From positions 414,389-478,388 of the forward strand of contig JAAOMT010000678.1 in assembly GCA_016748015.1 (NCBI GenBank): a stretch of DNA of 64,000 nt, in the 5' to 3' direction. Both the position numbers and the translations under genes were made by a program. This document shows positions 13,001 through 26,230 of this stretch, in pieces. The stretch is from Geosiphon pyriformis uo1. Its lineage: Eukaryota > Fungi > Glomeromycota. Each line of letters begins with the position of its first letter. Position 1 is the stretch's first letter. The notes below the pieces were generated by a model. It had not been told where the DNA came from. It saw nothing but the letters and a program-made list of their open reading frames with translations, and did not search any database.

Positions 13001-14400
13001 CTGTTTTTACATTTGATGTGGATGTGTCTGTTGATGAGATGTTAATGGCACTTTTAAGTATATAGTAGTAAGATAGATTAGTTGGTAATTCAACTCTTGT
13101 TTTCTTTTAAGTAGATGGTTGTATTCTCTGAGATGTTACTGCTGGTGTTTGTAATTTTCTTTTGTTCTTGTTTGCATAGATAATTGGATATCTTTGTTAA
13201 GTGTAATTTTCAATTTTTTAATTGATTTCAGTAATAATTGATGCAAAATTATGAGTTATTGGTAAGCTAGTATTTTGAATTAATTTATTATAAAAATTTT
13301 TTCTTGCTAATTTGATATCTACTGGTACTCCTAGAAAATATAAGATTCTTTCATTAACATAGAAATTAAAGACTGATTTTGCTAATAAATGATTACTGGT
13401 TAATCTCAAGTATTAACAGTAGTATTAGAATAAGGATTTGACAAATTTTAAATGGTTTGTCTCTATTCTTTCTAATTCTTCTACTTTTGAATAGTGGTTT
13501 GTTAATGCTAGTTTTTTGTAAAATTATATCTTACAGAGAGCACCAAATGTTACAGGTGATTATTTGGAATCTCAAGCAAATAGCAAACTTATAACTTGGT
13601 GCTTAATAGCTGATATGATGGTAATAATCTCTGAAAGTTTTTATGATCTGAAGGTTTTAGGTTAAAGTTTTTTGTATAATAGACAGAGATTCAATAGTTG
13701 TTTTATTAGTAGTCTCTCAGAATTACAATTCCATCAAATTTTTTTTTTTTAGCATGATAGCTAGTTTATTTTAGCAGTTGTGCTTTTTTAGTAAGCTATT
13801 CTCAATTTTTAAGTTCTCTATCCTTATTTCTGAGTCTTTTACCAGACTATTCTTGATGTTAATAACTCAACACTTAATTCTTAATCAATTAGTAAACAAC
13901 AAAAAACAACAAAAAAAAATAAAAAAAATAAAAAAAAATATAGAAACTGAAGCCAAGACAATTAAGTTAGTATTCTGTTAATAGCTGTAATCAAGAACTA
14001 TTGTTCCAGTGTGGTCAAGTATGAGTTACTATTAACATGAAGTGTTGATAATAAACAATTGGATTGATATAATCAATAAATATATTTATTAATAGTGTGA
14101 ATGTATGAATACTAATTAGAAAATAGAACTCAGATGTTTTCTTCTTTTTGCTTCTAATGCTATTATTATATATACATAATTGAGATTCTTTAATTCTTCA
14201 CACCAGAAATCTTGAAATTCCTGAAATCCTGCAATTCCTTAAAAAAAATCTTGGAATTTTGAAATCCTGCAATTTTTTATATGAGAATTCTGCAATTCTG
14301 CAATTCTTTTAAAAAGAATTCTAGAATTTTTTATTTACTATGTTTACTTTTGATTGGCTAATTTATATGTTAATATAATTTCTATATTTTATAAGTAATA
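10044..14400 (-). mobile_element. Gypsy element B of the same family: 5' LTR, PBS, gag, PR and Cys-rich insert, interrupted at 10043/10044 by element A
   Basis: Colinear with 5640-10043; protease motif ILDSSLVGSII at ~11145-11175; PBS TGGTGCTCTCTGTAAG at 13530-13545. Confidence 0.9.
13548..14400 (-). repeat. 5' LTR of element B (~850 bp)
   Basis: On the + strand it starts TGTTACAGG and ends AGTAATA (mutated TAACA); homologous to the element A LTRs. Confidence 0.88.
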
Positions 14401-14730
14401 TTAGATATCAAAGGAATAACAGAATTATTATGAAGTAAAAGATTATGTTTTTTATAAAAAAATTTAAGCTTAGTCATTAACAGCCAAATGATATGTTTGT
14501 AGCTTTTAATAAGACTCTAAACCAATTTAATGACTACTGTCCTACTATCAAATCCAGTATTCAAATGTTATATAACATCAGCCATCCAACTTTTCAACAC
14601 AAAATTTTTAGCTAGCATTATATATAGATTAGTTGACTGTTTAATCTCACTTAAAAACAGAGAAATTGTATTATCATCAGCAAAAGTACTATATAGTCTA
14701 CTCTATTTTGACAATATGTTTAACAATAAA
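14401..14730 (-). pseudogene. Probable degraded C-terminal fragment of a non-LTR (LINE) ORF2
   Basis: Minus-strand remnants LAKNFVLKSWMADV...IWLLMTKLKFFIK resemble ORF2 tails of Glomeromycota LINEs as I recall them; not alignable here. Confidence 0.4.
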
Positions 14731-15029
14731 TTTTTTTTAATATTATTATTATATGTATATGAGAATATGTAATCAAAATTTTTTATTTTTCTATATTAGA
14801 TATAAGTTATGTTAAGATACTTGGAGTTGTACAATCTTTTTTTTTAGTGATAAGTAATTAATAATACAGAGTTTTTATAAAGTAAAACTAAAGCACAGCC
14901 AAAAATGTGCTAGTTAAAATTTCTTTAAATTAATAATAACTAAATTATTTAATATATTAAATTTTGGTTAAATTTTATTTATTTTAAAAGCAAAACAAAT
15001 TATATTTTTTTAATTAATTAACTTATTTT

Positions 15030-17330
15030 TTTTTTATTATATTTTAATGAGTGAGACCCAAATACCACCTAAACTATGATACCACAAAAGGGATTACATT
15101 ATAGGCATAAATCATGTGTTTTCTACATGTGATCAGATACTTGGCCCAATTAAGGACTCACTACGCTAAATCAAAAGTAGGTGAAAATAATCCCAACCCA
15201 TGAATTCTCTCAATAATACCATTCAGATTCCTAGAGTCAAAAATAAACTCACTAAGAAACAATCTAGTAGACTCAATATTGCCTCTGGTTTCAGCACCAG
15301 ACATACGCCACAAAGCAATAACATGCTCAATAGTGTCCTCACTTAAAAAGAAAGGCTTAGCAGCCAGCATACCATCATAATTCATATTACCAAAGTCAAT
15401 CTCAGATCTAAGACAAGCAATGTCCTTGGAGACCCCAACCAAGAGATTAGAAAAATTGTTAGCAGCATTCTTCATAGAAATGAGATCTTTTTCGATCTGA
15501 ACAGCCTTAGCAGCATTATCATCAAGAAGACGAGACACCAAAGCAACCAAAGAACCAACAGGCTCAACAATAGACTTAACCAGAGCAGCCAAATCCGAAA
15601 TCTGCTTTTCCAAAGAGTTCAATCTAGAACCAACAGCAGGATCAACAACAGAAGCAGCCAAAAAAGCCACCAAAGGAGGAAACTCAGAAAAACCAGAAAG
15701 AGCAGCAGTCTTGACATATGAAGCAGAATCCACAAAACGAGACTTGAAAACCTTGGGAACCTTGGGAGTGGGGGGTGGGGAAATCTTGCAATCTATGGCC
15801 AGATGGCTCATTTCTTAACACCTAAAGCAGCACCGGCAGCCAGGAGTTTCCCACCAGATATGGCATTTTCTTAGAGTACCAGTCTTGACTACAGCAGAAT
15901 CCAAATCACCTTGAGAGCCAAATGTAACCAAAGTGAACCGGGAACAACAACCAGAATCAGGAGAACGAGGAATGAAACATGTACGACCACCAATCTGAGA
16001 AATCATATCACTAATTTCAAAGGCAGTACAACCAGGGGGAAGGTTGACCAATTTGGCCTTAAACTTATTACGAGACAAAATAGTCTCATTTTGATTTACC
16101 AGAGAGAGGATTCTAACACTATCCTTGCCCACCAAGACTGACCAATACTTCAAGGCAGACACAGCAGAGTTCAATTTTTCAAAATAAACCACCACATACT
16201 GCCAAATGCCAGCAGGCTTCAGCACAACATGAACAACACTACCAAACACACTGAGAGCCAACTTAATGTCAGCAGCAGACACACCCAAAGGTACATTACG
16301 CAGCACAACAACAGCAAAAGAAGAACCAAATTCAGAAACCACCAAAGATTTGGCAATTTTGAGAGTGGCCAAATGAACAGAGCTTGTAAGCTCAACCAGA
16401 AACACAGCTTCCAAAGACTGTTGAGAAGCAAACTCCACACAGAAAAGCTTCACATTGTCTTTTGAAACAGATTTGGCACCCAAAAAACCATGCACAGACT
16501 GAAAAACAGTCTTAACATGAGCCAATTTGGTCTTGAAAGTAGCACCAGGCACCAGAGTGGAGGCCACCCACCCAGCAAACCTTTGACAACTAGTAATAGT
16601 TTCCCAAGCACCACCAAAAGTAGCATCAGAAACTAGAGAAGGAAATAGATCAGTTTCCATTTGATCAGCCCAGTTCCCAAGAACAAATGACCCAACAGAA
16701 GGAGATTGTTTTGCTTCTAAAACTGGCGATGATCTACTAGAAAACACCACATTTAACAATACAGCCAGTGGTTGATCTTGGCCCATCTTAGATGACATGC
16801 CAGATAATGCTACTGAGATCTCATCTAGGATCTCATTGAGAACCACAAAGGGGTTCAGTGTGACAATAGCAGAGGCAAGTGACTGCCCCCACTTTTCTGA
16901 ACTTTTGGTCTTTTTGACCATTTTTTTTGAAGAGGTGGTGCCAGAAGCACCAGGTATTGAGTCTATAGAAGGGAAGACCAGCTTATTTACTGGTCTATTA
17001 TTAAAAACTTTTGGGCTCTTAGTCAGGGTGGAGGCAACACTGGGACTAACCCAAGTGTGTCTCTTTGAAGGAACTTTGGCTGGTGAAAAACCAGTCAAAG
17101 ATGGGGAAGTTGATTCAGTGGCTACCAAAGGCAGCTTTTCACGATTACTGGGTAAGGGGAAGGCTTCTAAAACGTTTTGCTTAGTTGCTTTTACAACAAA
17201 AAGAGCTCCTCTGGTTGAAATTTTATTAGATATCTTAGGACAGATATCAGGTGCAACCTTTTTACTCTTAGCTCTTGTCATGGTCATAAAATTAAGGAGA
17301 CAAAGAGTTTTTTTATTATTGTTTAACTTA
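15030..17330 (-). mobile_element. LINE-type ORF1 (RRM-like domains, CCHC knuckle, coiled coil) with short 3' UTR and A-tract, no ORF2; one premature stop
   Basis: ORFs 15815-17287 and 15161-15811 are in the same frame, separated by TAA (likely CAA>TAA) within CFRC*EMSHLAIDC. RRM-like segments VLRNVPLG..ALSVFGSV and KLVNLPPG..TLVTF. A-tract at ~15026-15034. Confidence 0.8.
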
Positions 17331-18422
17331 TTAAATTACTTAATTTAAAAATTAAACTAAACAAATAATAATTAAAACACATTTTTTTGTTTTTTAAAAA
17401 ACATTAATTTTAATAATTATTAAAAGTTTTCTAAATAAATAGTTTTATTTAAATATTTATTAAAATTATTAAGATTAAGTTTATTTATATTAAAATTATA
17501 TTTTAATTTTTATATAATTTTATTAGTTTAAAATTTATTATTAAAAACAACATTAATTTTTTTATTATACTTTAATAAAATAAAATATAATTATAATTAA
17601 AACATAAAATTTTAAAATTTTAAAATTTAAAATAATTATTACTTATATATTTTCTATATATAATTAATTATTTAAGTTAATTTAAACTAAATTAAATTAA
17701 ATTTACAAAAATAAACTTATTTAAACAATTATTCATAAATTAAAACTTTTTTTTTGTTATTAAAAAATCCATTTATTTTTTTAAAACTAGATGTAATTTG
17801 TATAATTTTTTCAAAATTATAATAACTTAAACCAATTATTTTAAATTATAATAATTAACAAAATACAGTCAGACCTCCATAAAAGAACCCTCGATAAAAG
17901 AACAACCTCTTACAAAGAACATTTTTTTATAGAACCAATTGATTAATTAACAATTTAAGAATAATCTATAAAGGAACAAGAACATAATTTTATTAAACAT
18001 TTATTTGAAATTTACCTTCATATAAGAACAAATATCACGTGCTAAATGTTAATTGGTAATTGAGAACATATTGAATTGATTTCATCCTAACTTTCTTCTA
18101 AATCGATTTACTCTTTTTGATCTTGTCTGTTTTCACGTACAGCCACTTAGCCCTTATTCAGACTTGCCAAAACCAAATCTAATATTATCGTTATAGGCAC
18201 ATTTTCTAACAGACTTGCTAAATTATCACAATGTCGGAACCTTTATTCAAAAAATAAAAACAAGCAGCAGTTAATGATGCTCTTCGTAAAGAAATTTGTC
18301 AATATTCCAAAAATTACTATGGCACGAAACATGATAATATTGTAGCTTACTTCAATCATAAATATCCAAAGAGCATGCAAAGTGGTTGAATATTGAAATT
18401 AATGAAATCTCAGAAAGAACTA

Positions 18423-18725
18423 CAGAGGGTGTCCAAAAGTTTCCGAACAAGATTTTATTTAACAATAATATTTATTTTTTTATAAAATAAAACAAAATAA
18501 ACAACATATTTATAATTTTATAGTAATTTTCTAAATTTTTCCATTAAGTGTTACTAAACGTTTAAGTCGGCGATATTTTTGGTGAGTAAATAAACGTGGA
18601 CGTCCTGAACGAGGTCTTGAATCAATTGAACCAGTTTCTTTAAATCGTTTTATTGTATCCGAAACTGTTGTCAAGCTGCAATTGACTATGTTGGCAATAT
18701 CACGATATTTCTTGCCATGCTGTTG
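18423..18725 (-). mobile_element. Tc1-type element fragment nested in the pogo element (other end falls in the N gap)
   Basis: TA + CAGAGGGTGTCCAAAAGTTT terminus; the minus strand encodes HTH KKYRDIANIVNCSLTTVSDTIKRFKETGSIDSRPRSGRPR, then runs into the TIR without a DDE domain. Confidence 0.8.
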
Positions 18726-19080
18726 NNNNNNNNNNNNNNNNNNNNNNNNNNNNNNNNNNNNNNNNNNNNNNNNNNNNNNNNNNNNNNNNNNNNNNNNNNN
18801 NNNNNNNNNNNNNNNNNNNNNNNNNNNNNNNNNNNNNNNNNNNNNNNNNNNNNNNNNNNNNNNNNNNNNNNNNNNNNNNNNNNNNNNNNNNNNNNNNNNN
18901 NNNNNNNNNNNNNNNNNNNNNNNNNNNNNNNNNNNNNNNNNNNNNNNNNNNNNNNNNNNNNNNNNNNNNNNNNNNNNNNNNNNNNNNNNNNNNNNNNNNN
19001 NNNNNNNNNNNNNNNNNNNNNNNNNNNNNNNNNNNNNNNNNNNNNNNNNNNNNNNNNNNNNNNNNNNNNNNNNNNNNNNN
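18726..19080. other. Assembly gap
   Basis: Run of N. Confidence 1.
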
Positions 19081-21601
19081 CAACATATTTTACATCAATT
19101 TGAACAAAAAATTAATATTGAACAGTTAAGTAATATAATATATACAGTATTATTATCATTATATATTATATAATTTATCTAATATTAATTTATTTTTTAG
19201 AAATAAATTAAACATAAAACAAGCAATTGATTATGTTGTTCAATCATGGTTTCGAGTAATATCTGTTACAATTCAAAACTGTTGGCAAAAAACGGATATT
19301 CTTTTCTATAATCAAGAATTAGAAATTCAAGAATCCGAAACATCAATTGCTATGGATATATTCAACAATTTACCATCAAATGCACAACAATTGGTCAAAA
19401 ATCTCGAAGATTATACTGTAGCAGTTGATGAATTATTGACAACTGAAAATATTCTTGATGATAATGAAATTGTAGATATGGTTTTAGCTGATGCTCAAAT
19501 TGAAAACAATACAATTAATAACTCGAAAAAAGAATTAGAAGAATCTCCACCTGCTATAATTACAATTACAGAAGGATATGAAGCATTAAAAAAGATAATT
19601 AGATTTGAAGAGCAATTAGCAGAAGAAAATTTTAGTATAGAAAACCAAAATTTACTTAGAAAAAAATTATATAAATACGAAAAAATGAAGAAAAATTCTA
19701 AAAAACAGATAACAATTAATCAATATTTAATAATAATAATAATAATTGATTGATTTAATAAATAAATATAGTTTATTTGATAATAATTATAAAACTCTAT
19801 AATAAAACACCTCTAAAATGGAACATAATTTGCATGTTCCAACTGTGTTCTTTTATAGAGGTCTGACTGTACTAATTTTTATTTTTTTTATTTTAAAAAT
19901 TTGTAATTAATCTAAAAAAATCAAAAACAACTTAATAATTTAATTGTTATAACAAAGTAATTCAATATTATAATCTAAAAAAAGAAATACACCTTAAAAT
20001 TAATTTTATAAAAGATTATTAACTTATTAAAAAAGCAAAAAATAATATTAAACTTTATTAAATATAATTAAATAGTATAAATTAATTGAATATAATTAAA
20101 AACAATTATAATAATTCAATTAAATAACAACTATTAATAATAATATTATTAATATTAATATCAAAATGCTTTTATATTTCTGTTTTTTATAAAAAAAATT
20201 ATATTGATAAAACTTAAACAGAAAATTAATAAAAACTTTTTAATACAACAAATTTTTTTGGAATTTATTAAAACTTTTAAAGACTAATACTACAAAAAGT
20301 ATTTAAAATTATGTTATTTAATTCAAATAAATTATTTATAACATTTAATGTTTTTTGTAAAATATAATTTACAAATAATAAAACTTATTATTAATTTATT
20401 ATTAAAATAATAAAATTAAAATATAATAAACCAATTTATTTTTTATTTGTCCAAGTATTTTACAATTATTTTCAAAAAACTTAAAATTATTATATAATTA
20501 TATTTTTGTTAAATTAGCTTTTATTTTTTATATTTATAAATACATTAATTATTCTTTAAAAAAAATTTAGACTTGTTAAATAATAATTTTTTTAAAAAAC
20601 TTTAATATTTTAATGAACGCTACTTTTACAACTTTGTAAATACTATTATAAAAATTTATTATCTAAACCAAAAAATTTTAGTATATATTCCAAAAAAAAA
20701 ATTTTTTTTTAACAAATTTAATTTAAATTATTAAGATTATTAAGATTATTATAGTTATTTTTAATATTATTAAATTTTAACTAAATTAATTAAAAACAAA
20801 ACAATTTAAAAAAAAACTAAAAACCAAAAAAAATTAAGAATTAATTCTATTTTAAATTTAATTATTTTATATTAAACAGTTTAAGAACTTATAATAATTA
20901 ATTTACTTGTTTTAAATTCTATTTTATCAATATTTTTATTTGTTATTTTTATTTATTATTTGTATATTATTAAACTTAAAATTTTTTAAAAAAAATCAAT
21001 ACTTATAAGCAAATTTTTAAAGCTAAAAAAACAATTATTATTAACAATTAAAATATTATAAAAATTATTTAGGGGTTTTTTTTTAATAAAATTGCTAATT
21101 TTTAATTAAAATCTTATTATTAAACCAGTTAAATTTGCTGCTTTCAAACTGTTTTTTATAATACTTTTGTAATCTTAATATTTTTATTTTTTAATAATAT
21201 TAATTTAATATTAATAAACAAAAAAACAGCAAAACAATAATTATTTATTTTAAAAAATTAATTAAATTTTTTATTAAATTTAAACACTTGAAAAAAACTA
21301 CTATATTATTAAATTAATTTATAAAAATTAAAAAACATGATTTTATAATAAGTTTGTTTTTATTATTTTATTAATTTAAAAATTATTATTACTTTTATTA
21401 TAAATTTTTAAATTTATAAAGCAAAAATTCATTTATAATCAAATTATTAATTTAATAATAAATAAAATTATTAATATTGATACAAATTTTATTTAATTAA
21501 ATAAAAAATATCTTAGAAAATTAAAATATTTATTAATTATTATAATAATACAAAATTCAAACAACTTTTATTTTTAACTTTAGTAGTAATAATTAGAACT
21601 C

Positions 21602-21643
<42 letters not shown>
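21602..21643. repeat. (TAA)n microsatellite
   Basis: Direct trinucleotide repeat. Confidence 0.9.
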
Positions 21644-21645
<2 letters not shown>

Positions 21646-21899
21646 GACTCATAATTATTATTACAATAAAACTTTTATTAAGTTTTACTAATTCCAATTT
21701 AATTATATTTAATTAATATAAAAATTTATAAATCTTAGACCAAAAGTTATTAACTATATTTAAAATTAAATATTAATTATTAAAGTTTAATAACTAATCT
21801 TTTATATTAAAGTTTTTTAAACTCCAAATTACTTAAATATTTAACTTCAAAGTTATTTAAATTAATATTTTAATTTTTAAAAACAATAAAATTTTTTTA

Positions 21900-22220
21900 A
21901 TATAACTATTTTTAATATAATTTTTCTAATAATAATTATTAAAAATAAACTTTAACAGTTATTTTTTATTTAATGTTAATTATTTAAACTTTGCTAATTT
22001 TTTTAATAAAACTGTTTTTAACTAAGACAAATTAATTATAATAATATATATAAAAGTTAATTAATAAAACATTAAACTTATTTTTAATAACAAATTAATT
22101 GGCAATATTATTACCAAATTATTTATAAACCAATTAGATTACTAAGTTAACTGTATTATTATTATTAAAATTATTACTGTTAACAAAATTTTAATTAAAA
22201 AAATCAATAATTTTTTTTTA
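21900..22220 (+). pseudogene. Hypermutated relic of the Gypsy protease region
   Basis: GGCAATATTATTACCAAATTATTTATAAACCAATTAGATTACTAAGTTAACTGT aligns to element A GGCAGCATTATCACATGACAACTTATGAACCAATTAGGTCACCAAGTTGATTGC, mostly through C>T/G>A changes. Confidence 0.7.
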
Positions 22221-23169
22221 TAATTAATTGTTTAATTAAAAAACTTATTTTATTAATATTTTTATAAAAATAAATTAATGTTTAGAATTAAAAAAATTAC
22301 TATTATTATTATATTATTTATAAATTAATAGATTAATTAAATAATATAATTAAATATTATTTAAATTTTTGGTAAAAATAAACAATAAAAACAAACAAAA
22401 ATAAAACTATTTATATCTTTAATATTTTTTGTTTATTAAACAATAAAACAAAATACTATTTAATTTACTTTTTTTAATTTAATCTATAAACAAAAAACAA
22501 CATTATTTATAAAATTAAAAATATTAACATATTTTATAAAACCAATTATTAAAAAAACTTATTAGCTTATAAAAACTTTAAAAACATAATAAATTTTTAC
22601 TTAATTAAATAAATAAATTTAAGATTAGAAACAAAGTATTATTATATTATATAAAAACTAAAAAACAATAAATATTTTAACATTTTAACATTAAAAGAAT
22701 AATAAATTTTTTGTTTTAAAAAAAAAATTTTTTTGCTATTTTGGCTTTTTTATTATTTAAGCAATTAAAAACTTGGCTATTAGCTTATAGTTAAAAACTC
22801 TGGAACTTTTTAAAATGATAATAATTACAATAAATTTATTTTTATTGTGTATTGTTCTAATAAGACTTTAAAAAAAAACTTTTACTTAAAACCAAAAAAG
22901 TGCTCTAAAATCAGCAAAAAACAGATTTATTACAATATTATTTAAGAAAAACACTTTTACAGAGTGTTGTTAAGCAGTTTTTATAATTGTGAATGCATTT
23001 TTGATAAAAATACCAGTAATTTTAAGTACTATGGTGTTTGTAGCTTTTTTTACTTTTTGCTCTGAATGTGGTCATAAAAAAAAATTACCTAATTTTATTT
23101 TTATTTTAATTAATTAATTAATTAATTTTAAAAATATAAATATAACTATATTATTATTTATTAATATTT

Positions 23170-23200
<31 letters not shown>

Positions 23201-24524
23201 AAGTATACTTTAATCAAATTATTTAAAATAAAATATTTATGCAATTAATAATAATAAAAACAGTAATATAATTTTGTAAAAATTAAATTAATTGAGTTCA
23301 GTTTTTTTGGTTTAAGTCTTAACAAAAAATATTTAATATCGAAAATTGCCAAGATATTGAAGTGGAGAAAGCATATGAACCCCGTTTAATATGGAACATG
23401 TAATTGTTGGATGTTTTTAAATAGTGGCGGGATCACACCATATGCAAATAAATAAAAATCGACCTAATTATCTCCATTTAAAGAAACCAACTTCAGATTG
23501 TCTGATAATATATGACATCTCCTATCCAATCGTAGAAATCAATGACATCATTATTTTCATTAAGTCGCTTTTAGCCCGTCACGTAAACAATGAAAAGCCT
23601 AAATTTAGACTCGATAAATCTGATCTTCAAAGCCGGATCTTGTGTTCAGCATGAAAGGGTGAAACGCAAGAATGCTCGAAACGAATGCAAAAAAAAAATG
23701 GAACTCAGAGAAAGATTGTAATCACTCTCTTTGATCATAACATTCACGAATAAAACTCGATTAGATAATTTGATCCATGTTTTTATTGTGAGTTGAAAAT
23801 AGCTTTAAGAAAAAGAAAGATGAAAAAATGCAAAATATTATAGAGACAATGTACAAATGAGAAAAAAATATCAAAAGTTTTGAAAGAGCGAAAAATCAAC
23901 GCTCTTTAAAAATGTTCAATGCGATTATTTTCAAAATATTGAAATTTTGCTCATGGAGAACTCTCATGTTGTTATTATATCATATAAATGACACAAACGT
24001 GATGAGTCCATCACTGCAAAAATATTTCTAAAATACGTTGCGGGGTAGGCTGAATATTTTTAAAAATATATAAAATATATTATTAGGAAATATTTATGTT
24101 CCTACAAGTTTAGCCTTACACGCAAAACAAATCTAATGTATATAGTATTTATGGAGAATAGAAATGGATAGGATGGTTGTATGTTAATGATTATGTGGTG
24201 AAAGTTTTGTATGAATGTGATGCCGGAATTTTATGTTTTATATAATGAGAAATGATTTAACAATGTCCTTCAAATAAGATGAAAATTGTTTTTTTAGGTG
24301 ATATGTGCAAATAATAAAGAAAGTAGAAATATTACAATGAAACAATGTCCTTTTTGTTGATGGGTTGGTTGGTGGTGTTGGTGGTGTATAGGTAAAAAGG
24401 GAAAGAATATGAACTTCAGAAACACGTCACTGCTGGAAAAAGGACTTTTGGCAGCAAGGCAAATAGATTTACTAAATCCCGCCGCCAGCCCCTCTAACTC
24501 ACTTGATCTCACCGTGCGAGTACT

Positions 24525-26230
24525 TTAAGCCAACTGAGGATCGAAAGAGAAGGCCTCCCTTCTTTCTGACATGAAGTAAGGGTCTCTTCTCTCCGTATTC
24601 AATGAAAATCCTGAACCACTATCACGTCTCTCAAGATTATTAAATCTCTCTGGAAAGATGAAAGGACTTCCACCGTTAAAAGAGCCATTTGAAATATTGG
24701 AAGAATCGCGCCTCTCCAAGCCAAAGTTAGAATCTCTCCTTTCAGAAGTTAACATACCATAAGCAGAATCACGCCTTTCAAAAGCGAAATTGGAATCACG
24801 TCTTTCTAGACCATAGTTAGACTCGCGTCGCTCCAAATTGATATTGGAACTGCTACGATCCGACAAGAGGCTATAAGTGGAATCACGACGTTCGGGATTG
24901 AAGTTACTATCTCTTCTATCACCATTATGGTGATGATTGCTATTGCTTCTAACACCGAGAGGATTCTTCGAGAAACTTAACCTTATTCCACCCTTGACCG
25001 AGTTGGAAAGAGGATTACCGTACAGTTCAGTCATAGCTTGAGTAGCATATTGAACATCTTCAAATTCGACAAAACACATTGGACCATTTTGTTTTGTACG
25101 AAAACACATCCTTTTGTAACCAGGACATTTGGAAAACATTTCTTTTAATTCTTCTTCATTAGTATTCATTGGGAGGTTTCCAACGTATAAAGTATTGCAA
25201 GGTGGATTTTGATCAGCGGGATTAGGCGGTCGAAAAGGTTGCATGGGAAGAGACGGCCCAGTTGGTGCCATTTGAGGCACTAGAATGGGTGGATTCATAG
25301 ACAAGGTTCCCATGCGATTGTTCAAATCGTCGTTTAAAAGTATGGCGGAGGAGAAACCGTTTGTATTAGACACCTTCGTTGATAATGTATTTGGTAATAT
25401 TTCAACTGGGTTGGTTTTCGGGAAGTAATTTAGCTCCTCATTATCCAAGAAACTCTTTGTATAACGACCGTTTACAAGACCACGTGGGGCTCCAACCATA
25501 CCGCCAACAATTGCAGCACCGTTAGAAGGGTCAAATGAGCCACGCGTAGCAGTCGGGAATGGTGATTGATCAGGGAACACGGGTGTAGTAGGAGTGGTTG
25601 GAGTATAAGCGCTTACGTCAGAGAACTCGTAACCATAATCCTGAGGTGATAAAAGATCACTTGGAAGCGGTGGAGCTCCGTAAAGATAGGGTTCATAATT
25701 AGAGGTGTTAATGTTGCTGGGAGTTGGAAAACGTTTTGTAGGAGTGATTAAAGGATAAGCAGAGATATTTTGCTCATTGGAGAGGCCACGTTTAGTGTGC
25801 AAATTCTTTTTCGCCATCTCAGCCTTGAGTACCGATCCCTTCTCAGCGTCAACCTTACGACCGCTAAGAATGTCACGTGCTTCAAGAGCCTCGATTCTAG
25901 AACGAAATTTAGCGAATCCAATCTGCCATAAATCGAAGAAAATTATTAATGAGCACGAGAGAGAGGGAATTGATTAAAAAAGCACAGAATTTATCAAAAG
26001 GCTCCAATAGAACCTACAATTTGTTTTCTAGCGTTGACCCCGTTACCGTTGGCACTACCACCACTATTTATAGCTTCATCGCTGTCCTCAGCGGAGGAGT
26101 CTTTATGAGGAACCTTGAGAGTTGCGGCTTCAAATCCAGGAGAAAAGATAAACATGTTCTGAAACTCACGTTCTTGCATGTCGTCAGGGAAGCCGACGAC
26201 AAAAATTGTAGAGATTTCTTCGTTGATCAT
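24525..26230 (-). CDS. Whi3/Scw1-like RNA-binding protein with two RRMs; join(26018..26230, 24525..25922), ~536 aa
   Basis: RRM1 [44 protein letters not shown]; RRM2 [42 protein letters not shown]; GT-AG intron at 25923-26017 keeps the frame. Start codon uncertain. Confidence 0.9.

Larger units (their letters stand above)
17866..19869 (+). mobile_element. pogo/Tigger-type DNA transposon (Tc1/mariner superfamily), defective
   Basis: 23-bp TIRs CAGTCAGACCTC(C/T)ATAAAAGAAC (22/23 match) flanked by TA at both ends. CENP-B-like N-terminus from ATG 18231 (ALRKEICQY), C-terminal IKQAIDYVVQSW..TIQNCWQKT, and PIP-box-like KQITINQY. Confidence 0.9.

Noticed and set aside
15911-17348. Plus-strand ORFs (e.g. 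16797-17348, 183 aa)
   Set aside because: Antisense shadows of the LINE ORF1.
18682-19173. ORFs spanning N runs (also 32956-33984)
   Set aside because: Artefacts of translating through gaps.
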